Assembly (NCBI GenBank): GCA_016791475.1 | Contig: JAEUWI010000022.1 | Coordinates: forward strand, 9,658-73,657 | DNA length: 64,000 nt | DNA from: Candidatus Hydrogenedentota bacterium | GTDB lineage: Bacteria; Hydrogenedentota; Hydrogenedentia; Hydrogenedentales; JAEUWI01 | Direction of reading: 5' to 3' | Shown: in pieces, positions 35,391 through 44,718 of the stretch | Layout of the letters: each line of letters starts with the position of its first letter | Numbering within the stretch: the stretch's first letter is position 1 | Program-made: the position numbers and the translations under genes | The notes under the pieces: generated by a model | The model's input: only the letters and a program-made list of their open reading frames with translations | Told to the model about the DNA's origin: nothing | Databases searched by the model: none

Positions 35391-37031
35391 TCAGCGTATG
35401 GCGAGCACTTCGTAGGCGTTTACTTCCAGTTCCTTGCCTTTGAGTCGCACTTTCCCCATCACGCGCCCTTCGACTTTTCCTTCAATGGATCGCCAGGTCT
35501 CTTCTCCGACGATCACCTGACCCGCCTCGGCCAACCCGCAGAAGCGACTCGCCGTATTGACCCGGTCCCCCATCACGGTGTACTCCATTCGCATGGGGGA
35601 TCCGAAATAGCCGGCGGTGACTTCGCCGGAGTCGATGCCGATACCCAATTGAATGACGGTCCTCCCCTGCTTCTGGCGGACGACGTTCAGCTCGGCGTTG
35701 AGCGCCTGGATGGCGACGGCGGCGGAGACGGCGGCGAGGGCGTCATTTTCGATGGACACGGGCGCACCGAAAATCGCCATGATCTCGTCGCCCACGTACT
35801 TGTCGAGAGTGCCCTGGTACTGGAAAATGATCTCGGTCATGGCGGTGAAATACTCATTGAGCAGGGCGACCAGTTCCACGGGAGATATGCGTTCCGCGGT
35901 GTTGGTGAAGCCCCGGATGTCACAGAAGAGCGTACTGACCCGGGCGCGCTGTCCGCCGAGCTCCACCGCTTTCTCTTCGGCCATGATCTTGTCCACGATG
36001 GCGGGGCTCAGGAATCGCCCGAATTCCTGGCGCTTCATTTCAGCCGCGACGACCTTGTCGTGAAGCCGCACGTTGTCGATGGCCAGGGCCGACTGGGAGG
36101 CCAGCGAAGCGAAAAGTTCCAAATCTTCTTCGCTGAAGGTGACGTGGGGCTTTCGCGTGTCGAGGTAGATGGACCCCATAATTCGGGATTCTATCTTCAG
36201 GGGAACGCACATCGCGCTCATGATCTCTGAGCGAATGATGCTTTCGCGCATGCCGAACTTGCTGTCGTTCTGGCTGTCGACCATGAGAACGGCCTCGCCG
36301 TCGATGGCGGCGCGTCCGGCGATGCCCATGCTGGGCGAACTGGCTTCGAGTTCGCGGCCCATTTCCCGGGCGACTTTGACGTTGAGGTTGTTGGTGCCCT
36401 CTTCCCGGAGCATGACGAAGCCGCGATCAGCCTCCATCGTCTCCATGACCATGTCAAGCACCTGGGCGAGGCGCTCCCGCAGATCGAAGCCCGACGCCAT
36501 GATCTGGCTGGCCTTGTGCAGCGCGGCCAGTCGGCGATAGGCCCGGCTCATCTTGACGATGGCTTCCGGGCTGGCCTCCAGTTCTTTCGACTTCACCTCT
36601 TCGGCATAGGGCGGGGTGGGGCGCCCGATCAGGGTCATACTGTTGCCGACCCGGTCCATCTCGGCGCGAATCTTATCGAGATTCTTCACCAAATCCGGGT
36701 TATTGGCGGGTGTTTCGTCGGCGTGCTCCTTACCGTACTGGGTATCATCGCGAAAAACGAGTTTACAGAGGCTCCCGAACCAGATTTCGTCCATGTGGGA
36801 GAGTACCCGCTCCACCACGCGCTGGCGGTTGACGTAGGTGCCGTTGAGGCTCTGGAGGTCGAAGAGGATGGATTTGGTCCCAACGCGGCAAATCTTGGCG
36901 TGGTTCCGGGACACTTCGTTCGCCACAAGAACGACGTCGCTGTCTTCGGATCGCCCGAATCGAATTTCCTTGCCCGACAGGGGCACTGTCATGGGGGGCA
37001 CACCCGGCTGTTCAATGATTACCTGCGGCAT
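35391..37031 (-). CDS. FHA - GAF - class III adenylate cyclase
   Basis: FHA: IRFGRSEDSDVVLVANEVSRNHAKI..LNGTYVN. GAF: ADRGFVMLREEG. Cyclase: VSTLFCDIRGFT, DKYVGDEIMAIFGAP, YTVMGDRVNTASR. A Lys before GDE suggests ATP specificity. Confidence 0.85.
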   Translation of the reverse strand: MPQVIIEQPGVPPMTVPLSGKEIRFGRSEDSDVVLVANEVSRNHAKICRVGTKSILFDLQSLNGTYVNRQRVVERVLSHMDEIWFGSLCKLVFRDDTQYGKEHADETPANNPDLVKNLDKIRAEMDRVGNSMTLIGRPTPPYAEEVKSKELEASPEAIVKMSRAYRRLAALHKASQIMASGFDLRERLAQVLDMVMETMEADRGFVMLREEGTNNLNVKVAREMGRELEASSPSMGIAGRAAIDGEAVLMVDSQNDSKFGMRESIIRSEIMSAMCVPLKIESRIMGSIYLDTRKPHVTFSEEDLELFASLASQSALAIDNVRLHDKVVAAEMKRQEFGRFLSPAIVDKIMAEEKAVELGGQRARVSTLFCDIRGFTNTAERISPVELVALLNEYFTAMTEIIFQYQGTLDKYVGDEIMAIFGAPVSIENDALAAVSAAVAIQALNAELNVVRQKQGRTVIQLGIGIDSGEVTAGYFGSPMRMEYTVMGDRVNTASRFCGLAEAGQVIVGEETWRSIEGKVEGRVMGKVRLKGKELEVNAYEVLAIR

Positions 37032-37056
37032 TTCGAAAGACCTCTATCCCGCGCAG

Positions 37057-37085
37057 ATGATAGCAAGACCCGCTGGGCGGGTCAA
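37057..37085 (-). promoter_or_regulatory. sigma70-type promoter TTGACC-17-TGcTATCAT (extended -10)
   Basis: The minus strand has TTGACC (37085-37080), a 17-nt spacer ending in TGC, then TATCAT (37062-37057). It lies about 25 nt upstream of ATG 37031. Confidence 0.55.
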
Positions 37086-37414
37086 TGCCAGGCTGTGGAC
37101 TTCAGCCTTCGGACTTGACCCCGGTGAAGAGTACTTGGAGCAATCGATTTGTGGAGGGCGTCTCCACGACCATCTCAGGGTACGCCTAATCCCGACCGGC
37201 TGGACACGGCGGCGGAGCACGCGATACTATAGGAACTGATAAATTTCACTGGCAATGGGCCCAGTGTGTGAATTTTGCTGTGATTCGCGCGCTGGAGTTC
37301 GGACTGCGCCCCGATTGCCAAACGTACCGATTGAGGAGCTATTTTTGACCCGTCCCCACCGCCATACCCCCGTCTTTCACTATTCCGTGACCGGCCCGAA
37401 GCAAGGTTCCGCCC

Positions 37415-38290
37415 ATGGAAACTGAGAACCATTCGGTCGAGATGACCTTGCGCGACATGTGCAAGCGCTACGGAATCTCGTTCAAGAAGTCCCTGGGCCA
37501 GAACCTGTTGCTGGACGACAATATAAACCGGATCATGATCGACGCGGCAGCCCTGACAAAGGACGACTACGTGGTGGAGGTCGGTGCGGGCCTCGGCGCG
37601 CTTACGCGGCGAATCCACCCCAAGGCGGGGCAGTTGCTCTCGGTGGAAATCGACAATTCGTTCATCCCCTGCCTCACGGACCAATTCGGGCACTTGGACA
37701 ACGTGCACATCTTTCGGGGCGATATTCTGAACCACCCGGTAGAGAAGCTAGTCAACGAATTTATTCCCGGGGGTAAGAGCCACAAGTTTCTCTCGAATCT
37801 CCCCTACTACATCACCACGCCGATCCTGTTTCACTTCCTCGAATCGCCCCTGTTCTTCTCGCGGCTGGTCGTGATGATGCAGGATGAGGTGGGACAGCGG
37901 CTGGTGGCGCCGGTGGGTGCGGACAACTATGGGGTCCTGTCGATCGCGGCCCTTTGCTACGCCGACGTGGATATTGTCCATCGCGTACCCGCTTCATGCT
38001 TCGTGCCAAGGCCCAAGGTGGACAGTTGCATTGTACGCTTTCGCTGCGACAAGAAGAACACCATGCCGCGGGAGGAAAAGCTGTTTCTCATGAAGGTGGT
38101 GCGGGCGGCCTTCGCCCAGCGGCGCAAAACCCTCCGGAACTCCCTGACGAAGTCGGGCGGCTTTGGCGCGCCACAGGAAGCGGTGCTGGACGCCATGGAT
38201 GCGGCGGGTATCGATCCCGGCCGCCGGCCCCAGACGCTGGGCATGGAGGAATTTGCCTTGCTCACCCGCGAGATTCGCAGCAGGATTTAG
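37415..38290 (+). CDS. rsmA: 16S rRNA (adenine1518/1519-N6)-dimethyltransferase RsmA/KsgA
   Basis: Motifs KKSLGQNLLLD, VVEVGAGLGALT, SNLPYYITTPI and AFAQRRKTLRNSL. Confidence 0.9.
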   Translation: METENHSVEMTLRDMCKRYGISFKKSLGQNLLLDDNINRIMIDAAALTKDDYVVEVGAGLGALTRRIHPKAGQLLSVEIDNSFIPCLTDQFGHLDNVHIFRGDILNHPVEKLVNEFIPGGKSHKFLSNLPYYITTPILFHFLESPLFFSRLVVMMQDEVGQRLVAPVGADNYGVLSIAALCYADVDIVHRVPASCFVPRPKVDSCIVRFRCDKKNTMPREEKLFLMKVVRAAFAQRRKTLRNSLTKSGGFGAPQEAVLDAMDAAGIDPGRRPQTLGMEEFALLTREIRSRI

Positions 38291-38322
38291 CAGGTATCGG
38301 CCCTATCGGGAGGACGGTGACT

Positions 38323-39387
38323 ATGAGTGAAGCATCCAGCCACCCCGCAATTTTTGAGCAGATCGTGTCGAGCCTGTCGAGCGGCGTGCTGGCGGTGGAC
38401 GCGCAGGGCCTGGTAATAACCGCAAACAAGGCGGCCGCCGTGCATCTGAACGTCGCCGCGGAGTTTCTCGCGCCCGGTCAGCGCCTTGATGCGATTCCGG
38501 ATGCCTCCCTTCCCCTGATGCGCCTGATGGACGAACTGCGGGATCACCTTGAGACGGTCTCGCGCCGCGAAGTCACGGTGACAACCGCCGAAGGCACTAC
38601 CGTGCTCGGTATTACGGCGTCGCCTCTGCAGGGAGCGCAGGAATTCAACGGTGTCATCTTCCTTTTCCTCGATATCACGGAATTGCGGCGTCTGGAAAAG
38701 ATGGCGGAGCTGAACCGCCAGCTTGCGCAGATTGGTGAGCTTACGGCGGGAGTGGTGCATGAACTGCGCAACCCCCTCAGTGTCATCAGCGGGATGGCTG
38801 AATTGCTGATACGCAAGAGCGTCGCGGACGACCCGGTTCACAGCAAGGCCAGGACCATCCTGACGGAGGCCGGGCAGATGGAACAGTTGGTGAGCCAGTT
38901 CCTGAGTTTTGCGAAGCCTTTTTCGCTGAAACCGGAAGCTTGCCTACCCCAGACGATCATCGAGCGCTCCATAGCCCTGGCGTCGCCAGTCGCCGAACAG
39001 TACCGTATCGCGCTGGATTGCGTGACCCAGGACGATCTACCGGAAATACTGGCGGACGCCTCCAAACTGGCCCAGGCCCTGAGCAATATCCTTCGCAATG
39101 CGGTGGAGGTGAGCCCCGCGGGAAAGCGGGTGACCTTCCGCACATCGCTGGCGGGGGATTTCATTCTGTTCCGGGTAGAGGATGAAGGTCCGGGCATTCA
39201 TCTGGAAGAGGGCGACGATTTGTTTTCCGCCTTCTTTACGAAAAAAGCCGGTGGAACGGGGCTCGGCCTATCGATCGTGCACCGGATTATCACGACCCAC
39301 GGCGGCACGATCAGCTACGGCAATCTGCCTGAATCCGGCGCGTTCTTCGAGGTGCTCGTACCCCGCGATCTGACCGCCTCAGTTTAG
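38323..39387 (+). CDS. PAS sensor histidine kinase (NtrB/AtoS-like), orphan
   Basis: ORF 37954..39387 trimmed to ATG 38323 (GGGAGG upstream). H-box AGVVHELRNPLSVI. N box LSNILRNAVE. G boxes EDEGPGI and GTGLGLSIV. No adjacent response regulator. Confidence 0.85.
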   Translation: MSEASSHPAIFEQIVSSLSSGVLAVDAQGLVITANKAAAVHLNVAAEFLAPGQRLDAIPDASLPLMRLMDELRDHLETVSRREVTVTTAEGTTVLGITASPLQGAQEFNGVIFLFLDITELRRLEKMAELNRQLAQIGELTAGVVHELRNPLSVISGMAELLIRKSVADDPVHSKARTILTEAGQMEQLVSQFLSFAKPFSLKPEACLPQTIIERSIALASPVAEQYRIALDCVTQDDLPEILADASKLAQALSNILRNAVEVSPAGKRVTFRTSLAGDFILFRVEDEGPGIHLEEGDDLFSAFFTKKAGGTGLGLSIVHRIITTHGGTISYGNLPESGAFFEVLVPRDLTASV

Positions 39388-39912
39388 TCCCGAATCGCGC
39401 GGGGGCGGATTACCCTCGATGGCGGGTACCGCATGGGAAAGCATCGCCAGGATGCAGGCGCCGGCGCAGCGCATGGTGACCGCGAGGAAAAGCAGTTGCC
39501 CGATGACGGGTACGAGAAAGGTCAATTCCGCGACCAGCGCCCCGCGCAGCATGGACCCCGTGTTCGGCAGGGCGCCAATATCATCGCTGAGTCGCTCCGC
39601 AAGCACCCGATAGTGGGCGGTCCTGCCCGCGAGATGAATGGCGCAGAGCGCGGTGGCCATGCCAATGCCCACAAGTGCGAGCGCCTGCATGTTGAGCAGG
39701 ATGAGGATGAAGAACAGGGCGACGAGGCTGTTGGCCAGTCCAACAATGCCGGAGCGCCAGGGGCGATCGGTGTAGTTCTGATGGATGCGCCGACAAAACT
39801 GCGACCTTCCCCGATAAAACGAGAGGCTCAACGCGATCACCGACGCTTTCAGGGTCAGGACAAGGAATACGATGGCGACGGTGGCAAGGGCTAGGGCAAT
39901 AACGCGTTCCAT
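39379..39912 (-). CDS. 4-TM membrane protein, paralog-like of 43836..44360
   Basis: Follows the anti-sigma gene. It shares a pattern with the operon-first membrane protein (RPxR.., LRG..V......PV.G..L.L). The 3' end overlaps the convergent kinase gene by 9 nt. Confidence 0.5.
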   Translation of the reverse strand: MERVIALALATVAIVFLVLTLKASVIALSLSFYRGRSQFCRRIHQNYTDRPWRSGIVGLANSLVALFFILILLNMQALALVGIGMATALCAIHLAGRTAHYRVLAERLSDDIGALPNTGSMLRGALVAELTFLVPVIGQLLFLAVTMRCAGACILAMLSHAVPAIEGNPPPRDSGLN

Positions 39913-39960
39913 GATGATTTCCCGGTTCTCCGGCCCTCCGGGCCGTGAACAATTATTTTT

Positions 39961-40560
39961 TCAGTGACCCGGCCCTTTGAAGCGCCTGGACATCCATTCC
40001 ATTCCGTCTAGGGCAAAGGCCGTGGCTGCGCACGCGCCAAACAGAACCCACACCCAGGGGTTGTCGCCGCCAAGGGGCCCCATTTCCCACAAGTTTACCG
40101 AACGCCACAGCTCCCCCGCCCACTCGCTGAAGACGGCCATGTCACCCGCAACGGCGACGGGAATGCCCAGCAGCTCCTCCTTGAGAAAAGCCCAATCCGG
40201 GAGGAGGGGTTCCTGGGGCAGCCATGCCTGGCGGACCCATCCGGTGGTTGGGAACATGGAATGCGCGATACGCCCGAGCGCCGCCAGCACGAGCACCGAC
40301 GCCGCCGTTGCCAGGGGGTACAACCAGGGGCGAGGTTGCCGGACCGGTTCCGCGGCAATACAATCCTGAATCCGGGCCACGAGCGCGGGTGCGGGCTGAA
40401 CGGGCGGCGCCGCCCGAAGTGCGCCGTCGAGGTTGCCCAGGGCACGCAGATGGGCGCCGCAATCGGGGCACATGCGGGCGTGTTCCGCCGCAGTCGCGTC
40501 CAGGGTGACGCCGGCGTCGAAAGCGGCGTCCATTTCACGTTGTATTCGTTTGCAGTTCAT
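39961..40560 (-). CDS. anti-sigma factor (zf-HC2, one TM)
   Basis: N-terminal HARMCPDC (H-x3-C-x2-C). A central TM (WLYPLATAASVLVLAAL). It lies immediately downstream of the ECF sigma gene. Confidence 0.7.
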   Translation of the reverse strand: MNCKRIQREMDAAFDAGVTLDATAAEHARMCPDCGAHLRALGNLDGALRAAPPVQPAPALVARIQDCIAAEPVRQPRPWLYPLATAASVLVLAALGRIAHSMFPTTGWVRQAWLPQEPLLPDWAFLKEELLGIPVAVAGDMAVFSEWAGELWRSVNLWEMGPLGGDNPWVWVLFGACAATAFALDGMEWMSRRFKGPGH

Positions 40561-40581
40561 GTTGTTGCTCGCTTCCGGAAG

Positions 40582-41229
40582 TCACTCTCGGACTTCATTC
40601 AACATCGTTGTTCGCAATTCCTGCCGCGCGCGGCACAGTGCGGCCTTGGCGGCGCCCTCGCTCATACCCAGCACCTGGCCGGCTTCCAGCAGGGAAAATC
40701 CCTCATGGTAGTGAAGGGTAATCAACTGTGCCGCGCGGGGCGACAGGGCGGCCATGGCGGACTCCAATTTTTCCCGTGACTCGCCGCCGCACCGGTGGCC
40801 CGCTTCCGCATGCGCGGGGAGCTCGGGATCGAGGGCGACCTGAGTGCCCCTTCGCTTCTGCCCGCGCAGGGCGTTCAGCCCCGTGTTTGTGGCGATGGTG
40901 TAGAGCCAGCTCTTGAAGGGGCGCTCGGCGTCGAAACGGTGAATCGCTCGAAAGGCCTTTATGAAGGTCTCCTGGGTCAAGTCTTCAGCCTCTTCACGAT
41001 TCCGAAGCATCCGGTGCAGGTACGCTCGAATACGGGGTGCGTATCGGGCGACGAGCGGATTGAACGCGTCGGGGTGGCCCCCCTGGGTTCTGCGGATGCA
41101 CTCGGTCTCCCATGCCGGTTCATCGGCATCGGAAACCGGCGCCGTGGGCTCATGGGGGGACACGCGACGCGGATCCGCAACGCTCGCGGGCGTCCAGTGG
41201 CAAATCCGTGACAGGGTCGAAGCAATCAT
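40582..41229 (-). CDS. ECF-type RNA polymerase sigma-70 factor
   Basis: Region 2: AFNPLVARYAPRIRAYLHRMLRNREEAEDLTQETFIKAF. Region 4: LSPRAAQLITLHYHEGFSLLEAGQVLGMSEGAAKAALCRARQEL. The start is uncertain (ATG 41229, 41265 or 41319). Confidence 0.8.
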   Translation of the reverse strand: MIASTLSRICHWTPASVADPRRVSPHEPTAPVSDADEPAWETECIRRTQGGHPDAFNPLVARYAPRIRAYLHRMLRNREEAEDLTQETFIKAFRAIHRFDAERPFKSWLYTIATNTGLNALRGQKRRGTQVALDPELPAHAEAGHRCGGESREKLESAMAALSPRAAQLITLHYHEGFSLLEAGQVLGMSEGAAKAALCRARQELRTTMLNEVRE

Positions 41230-41308
41230 GGGCGGCTCAAACTTGGAAAATCGAAACAGGTCCATCCGGACCAATGCGGAAAACTGTACCGTGACCTCTT
41301 GTGCACCA

Positions 41309-42439
41309 TTAGACCACATCGAGCGGGGTCAGCGCATACCCCGGAAACACCTGGTTCAATTCGATTCCGGGCATCTTCTTCTCGAAAATCGGGGCGAGGA
41401 CGTCTCGGAAATTGTAACGCACGGGCAGGTCGCCGGGCCCTTCAAGATGAGCCTCTTCGAGCCCTGGCCAGTCCGCCAGGACCCTGCCGCCGCGCACGCC
41501 GCCGCCGAGAAGCATCATGATACTGCCCCGACCGTGATCGGTGCCCAGGGATGCGTTTTCATAGACGCGCCGACCGAATTCGGTCATGACGACGACGGTG
41601 GTTCGGTCGCGATAGGGCCCGATATCGTCGTAGAAAGCCATGAGCCCCTGGGCGAGCTGGTTCATGAGGGGCGTCATCAGGGTTGACGTGGCGATGTGGC
41701 TGTCCCATCCGCCGAGGTCAACCGTGGCCGCTTCCACGCCGACTTCGGCCTTGATCAGTTGGGCGACCTGCTGAAGGTGGCGGGCAAAGGGATGCTCCGA
41801 GTAGACGGCCCCGCCGGACGGGGAATAGGATTTCGACTGGAGTTCCACGATCCGCCCGATGGCGCTGAGCAGGTCACTTCCCGACTTGGCCCAGGGCAAT
41901 CCGGATTTCCCATAGGCGCGATTGAGGCCGTCGACGAAGGGCATGGCCTCTTCGCTCAGCGCGATATCGCCCAGGGAATCCATGACCACGGTGGCGGGCG
42001 AAGAGCGAAGGGATTCGGGACAGGTCTTTCCGAAGGCGACCGAAGCCAGAGGATTGCTTGTGGCGCGGACATTCTGTCGGAGGTAGCGGCCCAGCCAGCC
42101 GCCGGCCCCCACCCCGCCATGTTCCATGAAATCCTGGGCCTCAAAGTGGGAGCGGCTGGATTCTTCCGAGCCCGCGCCGTGAACGATGAGGAGTTCGCCC
42201 TCACCGTAGGCGCGGTGCAGGGGCGACAGCGAGTCATGAAGCCCAAAGAGATCGTCCAGCGCGACGGTATTGTCGCGCGAAATGCCGATGAGAGGCCGGG
42301 CTCGGTAGTACGCGTCGTCTCCGGTGGGCACCACCATGTTGAGCCCGTCGGCGCCGCCTCGGAGAAAGACGACGACGAGGGTATGGTGCTGCTCCGGATT
42401 GAGCTTCAGAACGGTGTTTCCCTGTTGCATGGCTAGCAT
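41309..42439 (-). CDS. DUF1501 domain protein (sulfatase-like fold)
   Basis: Motifs LVVVFLRGGADGLNMVVP, DLGGWDSH, MTEFGRR and GTDHGRG. The start is ATG 42439 or 42430, abutting the DUF1800 stop. Confidence 0.8.
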   Translation of the reverse strand: MLAMQQGNTVLKLNPEQHHTLVVVFLRGGADGLNMVVPTGDDAYYRARPLIGISRDNTVALDDLFGLHDSLSPLHRAYGEGELLIVHGAGSEESSRSHFEAQDFMEHGGVGAGGWLGRYLRQNVRATSNPLASVAFGKTCPESLRSSPATVVMDSLGDIALSEEAMPFVDGLNRAYGKSGLPWAKSGSDLLSAIGRIVELQSKSYSPSGGAVYSEHPFARHLQQVAQLIKAEVGVEAATVDLGGWDSHIATSTLMTPLMNQLAQGLMAFYDDIGPYRDRTTVVVMTEFGRRVYENASLGTDHGRGSIMMLLGGGVRGGRVLADWPGLEEAHLEGPGDLPVRYNFRDVLAPIFEKKMPGIELNQVFPGYALTPLDVV

Positions 42440-43839
42440 CCTTGAAATGCCGGGCTGGCGAGCACCAGTCCCGGGCGGTCGCCTCTCTGGGCCAGTTCGA
42501 GTTCATCGCCATCCGGCTGTCGCCCAATCAGCCGCGCGATCAGGGCCTCGCCTCCACCGGCCTCCCGTTGGAGCGCGGGCCAGTCCACGGTGACGCCTGG
42601 CACTTCGTTACGGGAGAGAGCGTAGACGAAGTGCCAGCGCCACATCATGCTCCCATACCACGGTTCGGCCTCTTCGGGATAGCCATCCGGGGTGGGGTAT
42701 TGAAAGGGACTGTGCCCCATGCGCGCCAGGTAATCGAGAAGCGCATCGGGCTGATGGACGTCGGCGGCGGTGGCGCGCAGGGCGGACACGAGGAAATTGA
42801 AGGGGCGCTTGAACTTGGGGGCCACAGGATGCTGAAAGGCCTCGCTCCGAAACAGGGCCACCAGGGTGGTGCGGATATCGCCACGACTGGTGGCGAAGGC
42901 CTGCGCCACCCGTTCCACCACGTCGTCCGGCGCTTCGAGCCCGATAAAGCGATTGCAGAGTTTCCGGGCGAGATAGCGGGCCGTTCCGGACTGCTCCGCG
43001 ACGATTTCGAGGAGTCGGTCCACCGATTTTTCGCCGAGGCCGGGCTGAATGGGCTTTCCGAGCACTGTCTTTTCACCGTCATCGTGTAGACCGGCGTTAA
43101 ATTCGACGCGTCCCTTTCCAAACCAGGTGTCCGTGCGAACGGTCCAGCCGGTGAGGCACCGGGCGGCCTCCATCACGTCGCGCTGTGTATAGCCGCCTTT
43201 GACACCGAGGGTGTGGAGTTCAAGGAGCTCACGCGCATAGTTCTCATTCGGCGCTTCCTCAGGGGTGCGCCGCCGGTTGGTCCGACCATCGAGGTACCAC
43301 AGCATGGCCGGGCCGGTTGCGGAGGCCCGCAGGAGCTCAGGGAAGGAACCGAGGGCGTGCTTACGGATGACCTCGCGATCATCCGCCGTCTTGAGCCAGG
43401 GGCAGTCCCCTTTTGAAATATCGATATTGAAATGGTCGGTCCAGAAATCGACCATGACTTCAAAGAGTTGACGCTCGCTGTAGCGGGCATGGAGCAGTTT
43501 GCCGGTGGCGAGCTCTTTCCACAGAAATTCTTCCTTGTACTCGAAGAGTTCGCCCACGGGACACTGAAGCGTTTCAAGTCGGCGCACCCGCTTGTGACAG
43601 GCGCTGTCCTCAATGTTCTCGGGGTAGAGCTGCGCTTCGACCCAGGTCTCCACCCCCACCGAGAGGACCTGCTGAAGGTCACCGGGACGAATGCCGAAAG
43701 TGCAGCGATTCAGCACGTGCCGCGCAAGGGCAATGTCGCCCACCGGGAGAGGGCCGCTTGCCCGAGCGGCGCCGCCAAGGGTCCACGCGGCCCCGCAACA
43801 CCCCACCGCGCTCAGGAATTTTCGGCGGGAAAGGCTCAT
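42433..43839 (-). CDS. DUF1800 domain protein with TAT-like signal
   Basis: ORF 42433..44619 trimmed to ATG 43839 (ATGA overlap with the upstream gene stop). MSLSRRKFLSAVGCCGAAW. Pattern LNRCTFG ... ARELLELHTLGVKGGYTQRDV. Confidence 0.8.
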   Translation of the reverse strand: MSLSRRKFLSAVGCCGAAWTLGGAARASGPLPVGDIALARHVLNRCTFGIRPGDLQQVLSVGVETWVEAQLYPENIEDSACHKRVRRLETLQCPVGELFEYKEEFLWKELATGKLLHARYSERQLFEVMVDFWTDHFNIDISKGDCPWLKTADDREVIRKHALGSFPELLRASATGPAMLWYLDGRTNRRRTPEEAPNENYARELLELHTLGVKGGYTQRDVMEAARCLTGWTVRTDTWFGKGRVEFNAGLHDDGEKTVLGKPIQPGLGEKSVDRLLEIVAEQSGTARYLARKLCNRFIGLEAPDDVVERVAQAFATSRGDIRTTLVALFRSEAFQHPVAPKFKRPFNFLVSALRATAADVHQPDALLDYLARMGHSPFQYPTPDGYPEEAEPWYGSMMWRWHFVYALSRNEVPGVTVDWPALQREAGGGEALIARLIGRQPDGDELELAQRGDRPGLVLASPAFQGC

Positions 43840-44360
43840 GCCTGGACCGCTCCGGTGGGCGCCTGGACGGAAGCGACGACGGGACTCTGCCGAAAAATCC
43901 CCTGGAGCATGGCGCCAAAGCCCGCGAGCAGTACGACGGGCAGGAGCAGAAACCAGCCCACCACGGGGAACACGCAGGCAATCGCCACCACGGCGCCACC
44001 GCGCAGCACAACGCCCCCGTTGCTCCGGGCGGTCTGGGGGTTGCCGAGGCCGAGGCCCACCATGCGGACCAGGCCCGTCGAACCGAAGAGGGCGGCGGTT
44101 GTGAGCAGGATCAGGAGGGTGACCCCCAGCAGCTTGATGGGGCCTGCGCCGTTGGCCGCCATGGCCAGGCCCAGGAGCACGAAGGGAACGCCAACCAGGG
44201 CTCCCATGAGCAAAACGCGCATGGGGCGGGTGGCGAGGGCCTGTTGCGCGCGGCTGACGGCGGGCGAGAAGAGGGCCGAGAACATGAGCCAGTAGCTGAC
44301 CGTACAGATAAGCATACCGAGTATCAGAAACAGAATTTTGAACACATCCGCCATTATCAT
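43836..44360 (-). CDS. 4-TM membrane protein, first gene of the DUF1800/DUF1501/ECF operon
   Basis: ORF 43836..44438 trimmed to ATG 44360 (GGAGG 8 nt upstream). Hydrophobic throughout. No family recognised. Confidence 0.5.
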   Translation of the reverse strand: MIMADVFKILFLILGMLICTVSYWLMFSALFSPAVSRAQQALATRPMRVLLMGALVGVPFVLLGLAMAANGAGPIKLLGVTLLILLTTAALFGSTGLVRMVGLGLGNPQTARSNGGVVLRGGAVVAIACVFPVVGWFLLLPVVLLAGFGAMLQGIFRQSPVVASVQAPTGAVQA

Positions 44361-44718
44361 GGAATTTTCCTCCGAGTTCGGGGCGCGAGGCCCGTCCACA
44401 GTCGATTTCTGTGCTCTCATACCCCCCCAGAGCGCCAAAGGTTACATCGGGTTTGTGGAATCCTCTTCCGCCGACCCGAACGCGCCGGAGGATCATCCAC
44501 AAGCCTCTGTTGCAAATTGACTTACGCTCGTCGTGGCTCGTTGACTTCTTTCCGGTGCCTCGCCACGCCCGCACCCGGTTTTCCGTAGAATTGCAGGCCT
44601 CCCGGCCCCTGACGCACACGTCTTCGGAGTCTGGTGCGCGGGTCGACCTATCCTGTTTGAATAGAACAATACCGGCGGCGTCTGGATGTTCAGGCGTATC
44701 AACACAGGAGGTTTCGCC

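Noticed and set aside
44394-44501. Three (G/A/T)TCCACA words in the 44361-44718 intergenic region, possibly related to the GTCCAC arrays.
   Set aside because: They are not phased and have mixed orientation. The count (3 versus about 0.7 expected for a 5-mer core on both strands) is not convincing.
42433-44619. 728-aa version of the DUF1800 ORF extending over the upstream membrane-protein gene.
   Set aside because: The TAT-type N-terminus MSLSRRKFLS at ATG 43839 overlaps the stop of a separate, RBS-preceded membrane-protein gene. The extension is low complexity.
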